Notes under the pieces: model-generated
The model's input: the letters and a program-made list of their open reading frames with translations, nothing else
Database searches by the model: none
What the model was told of the DNA's origin: nothing
Shown: positions 12,784-25,567 of the stretch, piece after piece
Position numbering within the stretch: position 1 is the stretch's first letter
How the letters are laid out: each line of letters starts with the position of its first letter
Assembly (NCBI RefSeq): GCF_006345805.1
Contig: NC_043019.1
Location: forward strand, 25,729,360 to 25,793,359
DNA length: 64,000 bases
Source of the DNA: Octopus sinensis
Lineage: Eukaryota
Direction: 5' to 3'
Translations under genes and position numbers: made by a program

Positions 12784-13000
12784 GTTGTTGTGGTTGTTGT
12801 TGTTATTATTATTATTATCGTCATTATCATCATCATTATCATTATTATTAGTATTACTATTATTATTATTATTATTATTATTATATTATTATTATTATTA
12901 TTATTATTATCATTATTGTTATTATTGTTGTTGTTTTTGTTGTTATTATTATTATTATTATCGTCATTATCATCATCATTATCATTATTATTAGTATTAC

Positions 13001-13031
<31 letters not shown>

Positions 13032-13254
13032 GGTATTATTATTGTTGTTTTTGTTGTTATCATTATTATTATTATCGTCATTATCATCATCATTATTATT
13101 ATTAGTAGTAGTATTACTATTATTATTATTATTATTATATTATTATTGTTGTTGTTGTTGTTGTTGTTGTTATTAATATTATTGTTATTATCATTACCTG
13201 TTATTGTTGTTATTGTTGTTATTGTTGTTGTCGTTGTTGTTGTTGCTGTATATT

Positions 13255-13865
13255 ATACGAACTGTTCTAAGTCTCACCCAGAGACCTTAAGTGACAGCAT
13301 GTTTGACGTTTTACTAATGATGTCATTTATGTTTAATAATTTCGTCTATTGTCGGGAAATGAGACGACATTCTGCAAGCTACGATCCAATTAAATTTGTA
13401 ATATTTCGATTTCGAAAGAATTTTAAAAGAATCAGGTACTCTCAGGTTGTCAAGTGTTTTTTTCTTAGGAGTTGGACACTCCCCATGAGAACAAAGTGAT
13501 GCTGTTCTGATAATTTGGTGTTTCCTGGCATTTGGCCATAGTGTTCAAGAGTGTTTGATATTGTCCCCAAAACGCCGACTATCACAGTTACCGTTGTCGT
13601 TCTTAGAAGCCACATTTGTGAAACTTCTATTTCAAGTTCCTTGTATTTCTGCACTTATTAAAAAGTGTTACGGTCTGCTGTGGGTGACCAAACTATAAAC
13701 AATCAGGCTTTGTCAACGCAGTTTTTAACCTTAGTATCTGGTCTATTGGCCTGCATAGTTCGATCAGTTTCAATACTAAACTCCCGCCAGTTGCTCTTAT
13801 ACTGCAGTTCAAACTCATGGCATATGATGCAGTACAAATACTCGCCAAGTCCACCATGGTAATTA
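13255..13865 (-). mobile_element. R4/Dong-clade 3' fragment (second subfamily): RLE domain and 3' UTR
   Basis: Minus strand reads LGEYLYCIICHEFELQYKSNW..FSIETDRTMQANRPDTKVK, then KYKELEIEVSQMWLLRTTTVTVIVGVLGTI..MPGNTKLSE..VLMGSVQLLRK. The UTR contains tctctgggtgagactt. Confidence 0.85.
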
Positions 13866-13914
13866 TTAATATCATCATCATCATCGTCATCATCATCATC
13901 ATCATCATCATTCA

Positions 13915-14265
13915 GTAGTCTTATTTTTATCAAGTGTTTTCACTGCACTACTAAGCGCAGCTCTGTGTGCCTTGGGTAAGTATTGTGGTTTGCTGTGATG
14001 CTCTTATCGTTACTGTACTGAAAGTGTTTTGCGTAGGATGTGTGCAGTGCCTAGTAGTGCTATTTTCTGTATGTTATATATATATTTGTTAGTCCTGGTG
14101 TTTTTGTTATGTATTTGACTGAATATTTTATACCTAACGCACCTACTGTGATAGGAATTGTTTCCAATTTTAGACTCCACATTCAAGGTTTTTGTGTTTT
14201 GAAAGTTTCTTGTTTCTTTCGGAGAAACATTGCCATCTGTTGGTATTGTTACGTCGATTATTATT
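13915..14265 (-). mobile_element. R4/Dong-clade 3' fragment (third subfamily)
   Basis: Minus strand reads IDVTIPTDGNVSPKET...IYNIQKIALLGTAHILRKTLSVQ*, then the UTR agagcatcacagcaaaccaca...cccaaggcacacagagctgcgc and a trinucleotide tail. Confidence 0.88.
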
Positions 14266-15282
14266 AGTATTATTATTACTGTTATTATCATTATTATTAT
14301 CATTATTATTATTATTATTGTTATTATTATTATTATCGCAGCAGCAGCAACATCACTATCATCGTTGTGGTTGCTATTTTCTGTGAATGGCGGTTTCGGG
14401 TATAACTCCGTAGAATAGAATTTACCACGTTTTACTAGATAAAGAAAAGTATTACATTTTTTTTTTATAGTTTCATTTGCCAATTGAACAATATCAGCGT
14501 TCACTTTGCAATCTTGACTTGAGAAATTAATATTTCTTTCCTTAGACAATTGTTTTACTTTTAATATATTTTTTTATCCGTATTTGAACATGGCTTCTTC
14601 TGGAGAAGAAGAAAGCATAGCCGCAAACGCAGCAGTAACATTTTTAGACAAAAAAGACAGATTTTTGTTTTAAATAAAGTTAAAATTAAAATGACAGTTG
14701 CAAAGGCAGGCACATTGGGGAAAAAATATACTTTCGTAATTTATCACACATCAACGGTGATATTCAAACTTTTTTTTAACAACGAACACAAAAAAAAAAC
14801 CCAATATTATTTTGAATCAGCTCGTGAAAAAGGACTTGGAGAGGCATGTCACAAAAATGTTGTGCATCTTTGATGATGGTTTTATCACGGAAAAAGCAAA
14901 GAAGGAAGTGACATAGTTATAATGTCTAAAAATGTAAGCACCTTCTATATGCCCCCGAAAGGATTAGAAGAGGCACTGACCAATGTATGGAATGATATGT
15001 GCTCCGTGGATGGTGGTTGGACGTAAGGAAGTTTATACTTGAGCTTGAAGATTGAGGGGCCGTGAGGAAATAGAAGGAGCTGGTGATGCAATATATACAG
15101 ACACGAGTCATGAGAGAAACAAAAGAAGGGCAGTTGATGATGTCGGAAGTAACACGTTATACATTAAGATCAGGTGGGGTCCATCAGACGAGTTATACTG
15201 GGAAAAAATTGGTGATTATTATTATTATTATTATTATTATTATCATTATTTTTATTATTATTATTATTATTATTAATAATAT

Positions 15283-15497
15283 GGTGGCGAGCTGGTTGAA
15301 TCGTTAGCACGCTGGGCGAAATGCTTAGCGGTATTTCGCCCGTCGCTACGTTCTGAGTTCAAATTCCGCCGAGGTCGACTCTTTGCTTTTCATCCTTTCG
15401 AGGTCGATAATTTAAGTACCAATTACGCACCGGAGTCGATGTAATCGATTATCCCCCTCCCTAAAATTTCAGGCCCTTTGCCTATAGTAGAAAGGAT
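15283..15497 (+). mobile_element. tRNA-derived SINE family B embedded in (TTA)n
   Basis: Head ggtggcgagctgg..gagttcaaattcc, central domain gtcgact..tttcatcctttcgaggtcgataa..agtacc, tail tagtagaaaggattattatt. Confidence 0.9.
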
Positions 15498-15514
15498 TAT
15501 TATTATTATTATTC

Positions 15515-15650
15515 TATGTTTGACTTTTGCTTTATGTCTGTACAAGTTGGCTCCAAGTCTCACCCAGAGATATCAAGAGACAACAGGTTGGAAGTTCTGT
15601 GCCATATATTTGGGTTTTTTTTTATGGTGTTGTACTAGTGAATGTCTAAT
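15515..15650 (-). mobile_element. R4/Dong-type 3' UTR remnant
   Basis: caagtctcacccagaga is shared with the UTR at about 13270. It abuts a (TTA)n tract, i.e. a (TAA)n tail on the minus strand. Confidence 0.6.
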
Positions 15651-15731
15651 ACATAAAAATAAAAAATAAATAAATAAAAAATAAAAAAAAAGTTTGTTTT
15701 AAACCTTGGGATTACATAGAGAGTATTTTGC

Positions 15732-15765
<34 letters not shown>

Positions 15766-16319
15766 TATTATTATTATTTGAAGGTATTTCTATATCAATT
15801 TTATTTTAGGATGTATTATTATTCCCTCGTCTTGACAAACGATACATTTTTTTTTAAAAAAACACTAACAAAAGAGACTAAATTATCCAGAAAAGAATAA
15901 TGATAATAATAAAAAGAAAACAAAAAATACTACAAATAAAACGGAAAAAATAATATGAATAAATCTAAAAACGACAATAAGAAGAGGAATTGACAGAGCA
16001 TCTGGTTAAATTTTGGTCTTTTAATTTTAGCATTTCTGCGTCTGAATTTCTCATTTTGAGTGAAGAATTTTGGTATCACGTGGTTAAAAAGCTGATAATA
16101 GATTGAAGAGAGGAAGGGAGGGAGGGAATGAGAGAGAGACAGAGCAGAAGGGGGGTGAGAGAGATGGTGTGGGGGTAGGGGTGGAAAATCGATAATATGA
16201 AAGTTATTGATTGTGTCAGTTCTGTCTAAGTTATCTTATTGAATCTTGTTGTCGAAATGACAGCAGACACGGCATTGGAAGGAAGTCGGTTATCCGTTGA
16301 AATGCGAACTCGACAAGGG

Positions 16320-16691
16320 CTGTCTGCTGTTGGGTTGTTGATGATGATGGTGATGATTTTGATGATGATGATGATGATGATGATGACGACGATGATGACG
16401 ACGATGATGATTATAATGTTGGTGGTGGGAATGATGATGATAGTGGTGGTGGTGGTGGTAGTGACGACGATGATGACGACGATGACGACGACGACGATGA
16501 TTACGACGATGACGACGACGACGATGATGATTATAATGCTGGTGGTGGGAATGATGATGATAGTGGTGGTGGTGGTGGTGGTGGTGATGATGAGGAGGAA
16601 GGGGATGAAGTGGAAGAGAATGCTGGTAAAAATTTTAAAAAACGTGAGGATAGTAATGATGTTCTTGTTTTCTTGTTCTTCACAATGGTAG

Positions 16692-16722
<31 letters not shown>

Positions 16723-16860
16723 GATGACGGCGGCGGCGGCGAGGACAGCATCAGCAGCGGTAGTAGTTGCCTAAATGATGCTGATGATGATAATGATGAC
16801 GATGATCATGATCACGACGATCATGATGATCATGATGGTGGTGGTGGTGGTGGTGGTGTT
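16320..16860. repeat. Compound (GAT)n/(GAC)n/(GGT)n tract with an internal duplication of about 120 bp
   Basis: gattataatgYtggtggtgggaatgatgatgatagtggtgg occurs at about 16408 and 16528. Confidence 0.9.
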
Positions 16861-18168
16861 AGCTTACAATAAAAAAAATAGAAACAAAACTATAGGTTTG
16901 ATTATTTCCAAAGTTCTCAATATCAAAAGCAACTGCCGAAGGATCAAATAGAACGAATAACAAACACGTGAGGTGGTTCAGCCAACATTATTGTTGGGTT
17001 GAGCAGTCAAGGGAGGCAACTGAGAAGATTGTTCTCCGCTGACTTCATCAGCGGAGGACAATCTTTATAACTGCCTTCTGCTCCTGTAGTTACTAACATA
17101 CTACAAAGAAATATTTGTTACTAAAAAGTTCATTAGTGCCAGCACTAATGAGATTATTGGATAATTTAATTATAAAGGGGTGCACCCACTGCATAATTAA
17201 CTAATTGAATGGTGGTTTAATAATTAATAACTTTCTGCAATTAATGCGACTGTGATTATTTCTGAGGTTATTTCTCTGGTGGGTTCCGATGATTAAAATA
17301 GTCGAAATAATGAAATAACGAAACCCGTAATATTATATAATTAATAAATTATATAAGCAAATCTAGGGGAACATATGCAAATAAGGTATACAGTTTTAGA
17401 CGTGGCTATGGGCTAAGGAAGCATGTTTTTCCAACTACATGATTCCGGGTTCAGTCCCGCTGCGTAGCACTTTGCGTGAGTAGCTTCTACCTTGGGATTT
17501 AGCCGTAGAAAGCAACCCCAGCAGGAATTATTCTTTGTAAGCCTAGTACTTATTTTATCGGTCTCCTTTGCCGAACCGCTATGTTACGGGGAAAAAACAC
17601 ATACATACATACATACATACATACATACATACATACATACATACATACATACATACATACGTACGTATGTATGTATGTATGTATGTATGTGTATATAAGT
17701 AAATAGTTGGTTAAATAAGAGGCAACACGGTGTAAAGTAACTTGGGTGGAATAAAATCTACAGGTTAATTTTGTTCGAAAGCACCGGTTTATTCGTGATA
17801 GAAATAATACGATAGCGGAGGCCAGTTGGCAACATTAATTCACAAATTACAGGGTTATGTATGATTTCTGAAAACTGAGACGCGAATTGTTAAGGTGAAG
17901 GTGGTATAAGTATGGACATAGTCAGTAAGTAAGAGACCGTTAGAGTGTAAGGAAGAGGGGAAATGAGGGTCAAGAGAAAGAGAGAGAGAGAGAGAGGTGT
18001 AGAGGAAAAGAGGAAGTAGTGGAGAGAGGGAAGGGGATAATGCAGTAAATAAAAGGAAAGCGAGAGCATCTCTTTCAATGCCCTTCACTATACGGTGAAA
18101 TAGGAATAGAGAACAGATTGCGTAGTTTAAATAATATGTGTGTGTGAGTGTGTCCCTGTGTGGGAGTG

Positions 18169-18189
<21 letters not shown>

Positions 18190-18231
<42 letters not shown>

Positions 18232-18484
18232 TCATTTATATATATATACATATAGCTTTATCGATATATAGATATACATGTGTATATATATATACTAATA
18301 TATATACATATATACATACATACACACACACACCTATATATATATATATATGTGGTGTGTGTGTGTGTGTGTGTGGTGTATTCATTTATATATATATACA
18401 TATAGCTTTATCGATATATAGATATACATGTGTATATATATATACTAATATATATACATATATACATACATACACACACACACC

Positions 18485-18521
<37 letters not shown>

Positions 18522-18530
18522 TTGTGTGTG
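18190..18530. repeat. 150-bp tandem duplication with ends in (TG)n/(TA)n
   Basis: gtattcatttatatatatatacatatagctttatcgatatatag starts at both 18228 and 18378. Confidence 0.92.
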
Positions 18531-19203
18531 TAAATATGTGTACATACACACACACACGCACGTGTATGCATATCTGTAGATTTTGATGATAGAATTAGCA
18601 GCCATGTCAGCAATCTTTTCTTATTAACTGATTTTTCTTGGCAGAGGGCAAGAAAGAAACACATACACTAACATACGCACACACACACACACACGTACGC
18701 GCATATTTACACAATGGCCTCTACGGACAGTGATACGCATCAACACACACACACACACTCACACATACATATGCATATACGTGTGCACATACATATATGC
18801 ATATATGTGCGCAAACAACCATCCACTCTCAAATACGCATGCAACTACTTAACAACGCCTCCATACACAACGACGCAGGGTTATACAATTCTGCTCGTAA
18901 GATAACACATACATAGACACACATTCACATAGGAAACTCACAGACGCAAATACATAAGGATACACGCTCTTACAAATACTTTCCCGTTTATAACTCTAAA
19001 GAAAATGGCCATTTCAACCTAATTAGGTCTCATCAACTATAATAAATCAGTATATAACAATACGATGGTATATTATAATACACTGATAGCCAATTGAAAT
19101 GTCTGTGCTACAAGTCTATAAATTTGCGCTTTAGATGTAAGGAACCATTATTTTCATTGCCATTCGTTTTCCTTTTATAGATGTTCTTTATGCCAAACGA
19201 CCG

Positions 19204-19351
19204 AAGGTGCATGACTTAGTGGTTATAATGCCGCGCTCGCGATTGTAAGGTCATTGATTCAATTCCAGGACCAGGTAGTGTGTTGGGTATTGTGTTGAAC
19301 AATATAATTCTATTCACATTGCTTCAGTTTACTCTGGTGACAATGAGTACC
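19204..19351 (+). mobile_element. Old SINE family D-like head and core, interrupted by a family B insertion
   Basis: gcatgacttagtggtt...gattcaattccaggacc..gtgtgttg...attgcttcagtttactctggtgacaatgagtacc; the host sequence resumes at 19582. Confidence 0.65.
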
Positions 19352-19581
19352 TATTTCTTTATTACCCACAAGGGGCTAAACATAGAGGAGACAAACATGG
19401 ACAGACATAGGTATTAAGTCGATTATATCGACCCCAGTGCTTAACTGGTACTTAATTTATCGACCCCGAAAGGATGAAAGGCAAAGTCGACCTCGGCGGA
19501 ATTTGAACTCACAACGTAACGGCAGCCGAAATACCGCTAAGCATTTCGCCCGACGTGCTAACGATTCTGCTAGCTCGCCGC
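19352..19581 (-). mobile_element. SINE family B with 18-bp target-site duplication
   Basis: ctggtgacaatgagtacc occurs at 19334-19351 and 19582-19599. Confidence 0.92.
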
Positions 19582-19960
19582 CTGGTGACAATGAGTACCG
19601 CTCATGGCGCAGCTTTGTCTCCCACCATTTGTCATATCCCTGATGTTCTACTGAGTTAGGGAATAGAAAGGCTTGCAAGGTATCCATAGCTGCTCTTGAC
19701 TGCAAAGATACGTGAAACAAGTGAAGAAACCATGGCAAAAGTTAGCCAGTCTTATTCGCTTGCAAGTGACGGTTAACCTGTAATATAGGTCATGTGCTCA
19801 CTATTATTGCCATTCTCTTAATTCTTTTTGTACTTCCTGTTACTGATGTTCCACATCCTGTTGTTGCTGCAGCAACCATTATTCTTGTCGTTGTTGTTGT
19901 TGTTGTTGTCGTTGTTATTGCTGTTGTTAGATGTAGTGGTGAAAATTGTTTTGTTATTAC

Positions 19961-20292
19961 TCATGGCTCAGTGGTTAGAGCGTCGAGCTTACGATCGTGA
20001 GGTTGTGAGCTCGAATCCCGGACCGGGCTGCGTGTTGTGTTCTTGAGCAAGGCACTGTATTTCACGTTGCTCCAGTTCACTCAGCTATAGAAATGAGTTG
20101 CGACCTCTCTGGTGCCAAGCTGTATTGGCCCCTTTGCCTTTCCCTTGGATAACACTGGTGACGTGGAGAGGGGAGGCTGGTATGCATGGGCGACTGCTGG
20201 TCTTCCATAAACAACCTCGCCCGGATTTGTGTCTAGGAGGGTAACTTTCTAGGTGCAATCCCATGGTCTGTGTCATGACCGAAGGGGGTCTC
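19961..20292 (+). mobile_element. tRNA-derived SINE family D, full length
   Basis: Head catggctcagtggttagagcg..ctcgaatcc, core gtgttcttgagcaaggcactgtatttcacgttgctccagttcactcagct, tail ...catgaccgaagggggtctc. Confidence 0.9.
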
Positions 20293-20424
20293 CTGCTGTT
20301 GTTAGTCTTCCTACTTCATTGTTTTTCTATTTGTGCTTATTATTGTGATTATATTTATCATTATCATTATATCTTATATCGTATTATAACTTTTATCATT
20401 ATTGTTCCTCTTACTCGCCTTTGT

Positions 20425-20640
20425 AAGGCAGCGAGTTGGAAGAATCATTAGCACGCCGGGCAAAATATTATGAGATATTTCGCCCGCCGCTACGTTCATA
20501 GTTCAAACTGCACCGAGGTCGACTTCACCTTTCAACATTTTGGGGGTCGATAAATTAAGTACCAGTGAAACACTGGAGTGGATGTAATCGACTATACTCC
20601 TACCCCAAATTTCAGGCCTTCTGCCTATAGTAGAAAGGAT
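20425..20640 (+). mobile_element. SINE family B followed by an (ATT)n tail
   Basis: Homologous to 15283-15497. The (ATT)n run spans about 20645-20760. Confidence 0.85.
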
Positions 20641-20642
20641 TA

Positions 20643-20711
<69 letters not shown>

Positions 20712-20722
20712 CATTATTATTA

Positions 20723-20762
<40 letters not shown>

Positions 20763-21198
20763 ATGTACTGCTATTATTGTTCTTCTTAGTATTATTAACA
20801 TTGCTGCTGTTATGATGTAACTGTTATTCTCACCACCATCATCCTCATATCGTCCTCATCATCACCACAATAATTATACAAAGCTAAAACCTACCTGAAA
20901 CGCAAAGACCGCTGCACCGCTTTGTTCGACAGTGATAAGCCGCAAACCGCCCATTAATATGACGTCTCTAAGAATTGTATTATCTGCTGTTATAAGGCAA
21001 CTATAAATAAGTACTAAGCATCATTCGAAACGGCTCCAATTTAACATACAGTAAATACTAGCTGCTCTGACATCCAAATATTTATGAACGTCTGACGTTC
21101 TTTGAGTCTCCTATATTTCATGTTAACTATTTTCTTATATAGATATGCACTCATATATGTGTATATATATGCATACATGTATACATACACACACACAC

Positions 21199-21233
<35 letters not shown>

Positions 21234-21443
21234 TGTATGTATGTATGTATGTATGTATGTATGTATGTATATACAGATACGTGTTTTATCAGTAATTTGT
21301 GTGAAACTCTCGACCGCTGAGTCACTGACAATCATATGGTGATCATTAATAAAGAAGTATACATGCTCGTGTTTTGCATTTTGTTTCCCTGTCCGCATCA
21401 CCAAACCTATATTTACACCCAAACACATACACACACACACGCA

Positions 21444-21510
<67 letters not shown>

Positions 21511-21692
21511 TATACATACATACATATGTTAGTGAGTGAGTGATGAATGACTTACTGACTGAGTGTGTTTGTGTGTATGTAAGGTGAATCCTATCTAATC
21601 AAGTAAAATAAAGTAATTGTAGAAATGGTTGCCTGTGTCCACCAGACAGTTACTACGTCAGTAACAATATTGTATATAAATGTTCTGCATAT

Positions 21693-22106
21693 AGGCGAAA
21701 GAGTGGTTGTGTGGTAAGAAACTTGCTTCCCAAACGCATAGTTCCGGGTTCAGTCCCACTGCGTGGGACCTTGGGCTGAACAACACCTTGTGCGTGGGGC
21801 CGACCAAAACTTTGTGAATGGATTTGATAGACGGGAACTAAAAGGAGCCCATCGTATATATATATATACATATATACATATATACATATACATGTATTTA
21901 TCTGTGTCTGTGTTTGTCCCCCCACCATCGCTTGACAAATGATGGTGTGTTTACGTTCCCGTAACTAGCGGTTCGGCAAAACATACCGATGGAATAAGCA
22001 CTAGGCTTACAAATTATGATTCCTGGGCTCGATTTATTCGACTAAAAACTGGTGCTCCAGCATGGTCACAGCCAAATCACTGAAACAAGTAAAATAGTAA
22101 AATAGC
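21693..22106 (+). mobile_element. SINE family A, full length
   Basis: gagtggttgtgtggtaag..ggttcagtcccactgcg...ccagcatggtcacag..tgaaacaagtaaaatag. Confidence 0.88.
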
Positions 22107-22693
22107 ATATAGACTAGGAAATGTTTACGGTTAAAATGGGGCAACCTCACATGGCTTTAAATGTAGATACTATAACCATATTCACAACTTTAGGGATAGA
22201 AATAAAGCTGACTCTACATCTTTAGCTAATTTCCTCTGGGTGCTTATAACATCGAGTATAACATTCCTGGTCTATTATATGCAAGGCACAACGTACAAAT
22301 GTAGTAATGATTTCTATACGAAATAATTACGTGCAAATCGAAATTTATATCAACCAAAGAGATGACATATAAATATAATTGCTCGCATTTGTACTGCATG
22401 TCCTCCATACACAATACCAAAAGTTAATGTAATAGCGTCATTAAATACATGATTCACATAACTATTACTGGAAGCCTTGTAAGTATATTATAGCTCCTAT
22501 CTTCATTAATTCCAGATTTCTATTCTTTTTTCCTACCGTTGTTAACTGTAATTAGTTTATGTAATCTCAGTCGGACTGAGCTAATACGATCAGCAATTTA
22601 GCATTACCCTATTTAGAGAATAATGACATGTAAGGGTTTTGATTGTCGGATATCTTTAATCTTTAATATATCAACTAGTTACCTAATATCATG

Positions 22694-22728
<35 letters not shown>

Positions 22729-22829
22729 TATATATGCATATATATATATATACACACACGCGCGCACATACATACATACATTCGTACATACATACAGACG
22801 GACGAACGGACAGACCGTCATATATATAT

Positions 22830-22945
<116 letters not shown>

Positions 22946-23300
22946 TAAAACACAAATGGAAAGGCAAACAATTTGGTAAGACAGGACAATGACATTTAAC
23001 TTAGCGATAGAATAAAAAGGTATATACATCCTATAACTAAATTAAAGGTCCTTGTCAAGTCTTGCCAAACCGTTTGCCATTTCATTCCTGTTTTATTCTG
23101 TACCTACCTACTCAAGGGGAAGCCACTTCTAACCGCTTTGGAAAGACAGTTACAAAGTCACATGTTGAACTGCAGTTCAAACTAGAATTTTAGTGGCACA
23201 CCAGACTGAGCACTCAGATTGTATACCTATTAGTTCGAGTCACCTGATGCGAAAATTCATCGTATCTTTTGCGTGTGTATATAAATAAATAAATATAAAT

Positions 23301-23349
<49 letters not shown>

Positions 23350-23359
<10 letters not shown>

Positions 23360-23727
23360 AACGGCAGTTTGTCTGTCTGCGTGTCTGTGTGTCTGTTAGG
23401 TTGTACCCTCACCCTGACTACGGCTTTCAACCGATTCTGATGAAACTTGACACACACATAGCCCAATGTCATAATTCAAAACTAACGCAGCGAAAATTTT
23501 GAAAAGTTCCCCCAGTTCTGAAAAAAAAACCCATAAATTCGACATGGGGTCGGGAATCAGAAACACAAACTACAGACTGTCTAGGGGACGCAACTCGACC
23601 TTTTTAACTCTCAAAAAAAAAATTACCATCATTTTTTTCCATTTGTTTGCTGTTTTTGGCTATAACTCTCTAAAAATGCTTATAGTTATTTCCTTACAAA
23701 CCCGAGCAACGCCGGCGATACTGCTAG
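23350..23727 (+). mobile_element. Non-autonomous Helitron-type element within (TA)n
   Basis: The 3' end is cccgagcaacgccggc (an imperfect hairpin) followed by gatactgCTAG-t, the typical Helitron terminus. The 5' part has (TA)n, tttgtctgtctgcgtgtctg and aaccgattctgatgaaacttg, motifs seen in such elements. The exact 5' end is lost in the TA tract. Confidence 0.75.
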
Positions 23728-23770
<43 letters not shown>

Positions 23771-23773
23771 TAA

Positions 23774-23804
<31 letters not shown>

Positions 23805-23839
23805 ATTATATAATTATATATATATATATATATATATAC

Positions 23840-23892
<53 letters not shown>

Positions 23893-24004
23893 CATACAGA
23901 AATCCTCGCCACATCGCGGTTCACCGATCACGGTTTATTATTTAAGTTTACGATGTTTCGTCTGTGGTGTTGTTTTGCATTTATAATAAAATTAAAAGCA
24001 TTAA

Positions 24005-24223
24005 ACCTTTAGCATTTAACCGGACATATCAGGCTTAAATATTCTACCTATTTTATGTTGAACTAGGTCTGATCCACCTTTTCACACCAACCCTTCAATG
24101 CCGTTCTAAAATTAAACCATCACATCATTGAGATATCAAAACTATAAGATAATGCGTGATTGGTTCAAAACAATATGAATGAATAAGTGTTATATATGAC
24201 AGAATCATCAAAATGCTAAATGA
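24005..24223. mobile_element. piggyBac-type MITE
   Basis: TTAA-acctttagcattt ... aaatgctaaatga-TTAA gives short degenerate TIRs bounded by TTAA. Confidence 0.65.
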
Positions 24224-24599
24224 TTAAACAAACATTTAGATCAAAAGGGAAATGAGGAAAGCTTCTAGCAATGCAGAGATGAAAGCTGAAAACCAACTTC
24301 AGATGGGCCTTTGTGCTCGAAATATATAAGGTTTTTAAACTTTCATTTCTGGAATAATAGAAGCTGTCTCCATCTACCTTTTCATTTATTATTCTAATTC
24401 TGTATTACAATGATTCAGTCAAACTACAACACTCTTCAAATATTTAGATCAGTTCAAACTATTGATCTTTTTGATTGTATTGTAACTAGTGATGAAAATA
24501 TATTCTATAGAACAGCTGACGGTGTTCTTCCCAGCGACTGGAACCTAGAAAACATTAAGCGATTTTATCAGAATCAAAGCTGACCTTAGAGAATTTCTT

Positions 24600-25040
24600 A
24601 TACATTGGTTGTCAGCAAGTTAGTCTATTTCTTGAATCCCGTTGAAACTATCACAACAGACAGGTGTTGCGAGGACATCGGGAAAATACTGCGAAAAGTA
24701 CAGCGTTTATGTCTGGCATTGGTCATCAGCAAAGAATTTTTCTCCATAATCTTTGCAAGAATATGTGTCTACTACCTAATAATGCGTTAGAAGTTCGGTG
24801 AGTTGGGCTGGGAAACTCTGCCTCAACCACCTTACTCTCCAGACCTCACCGCTACCGATTTCCATCTTTACAATCATAGAGATAATTTGCAGTAAGAAGA
24901 GTTTTGAACGACGAAGCGGCGGCTCAAAGCACCTTCAAAGAATTCGTTGATTCCAGAAATACAGAATTCTCTGCTACTAGAATAGATTTGTTTGGGATTG
25001 CCATGAAACGGTAGATTTTAATGGTTGGTAATTTAATTAA
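24600..25040 (+). mobile_element. Decayed mariner transposase (cecropia/Hsmar1-like), C-terminal half
   Basis: Translates to FLNPVETITTDRCCEDIGKILRKVQRLCLALVISK, then LGWETLPQPPYSPDLTATDFHL and AAQSTFKEFVDSRNTEFSAT. Confidence 0.88.
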
Positions 25041-25278
25041 TAACATTTATTTCGAGCTGAGATATATAGCTTTAAAGTTGATGGGTAAACTGCAATAAGT
25101 TTTTTTCACCGGACACACACACAAACACACGCAGATATGCACATAAACATATACATAGAAATATGTATACGTATTTATAATACATACATACATTACATAC
25201 ATACATACATACATACAAATACATACATATATATATATACATATATACATATACATACATATATATATATATATATAT

Positions 25279-25320
<42 letters not shown>

Positions 25321-25484
25321 GAAATTTATAGAATGATAAAAGACGAAGACAGGTGTATGAACAACAAACAAGTGTAATACTTTGACGTTCATGTAAAAGT
25401 ACACATACATTGACACGCACATACATACACCAGTTTATTTATACAAATCTGTATGTACATGAAAATAGTATTACAAGTGCATCC

Positions 25485-25567
<83 letters not shown>

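Larger units (their letters stand above)
11348..13255. repeat. Compound (TAA)n/(TTA)n/(TTG)n/(TCA)n spacers with higher-order sub-repeats
   Basis: The block ...gttgtttttgttg...tcgtcattatcatcatcattatcattattagtattacta recurs many times within and between the units. Confidence 0.9.

Noticed and set aside
14920-15025. Short frame ending CSVDGGWT with a gtaagg donor-like site (TSP1-like DGGW)
   Set aside because: Only four residues resemble the motif, there is no good acceptor, and no further TSP1 exons were found.
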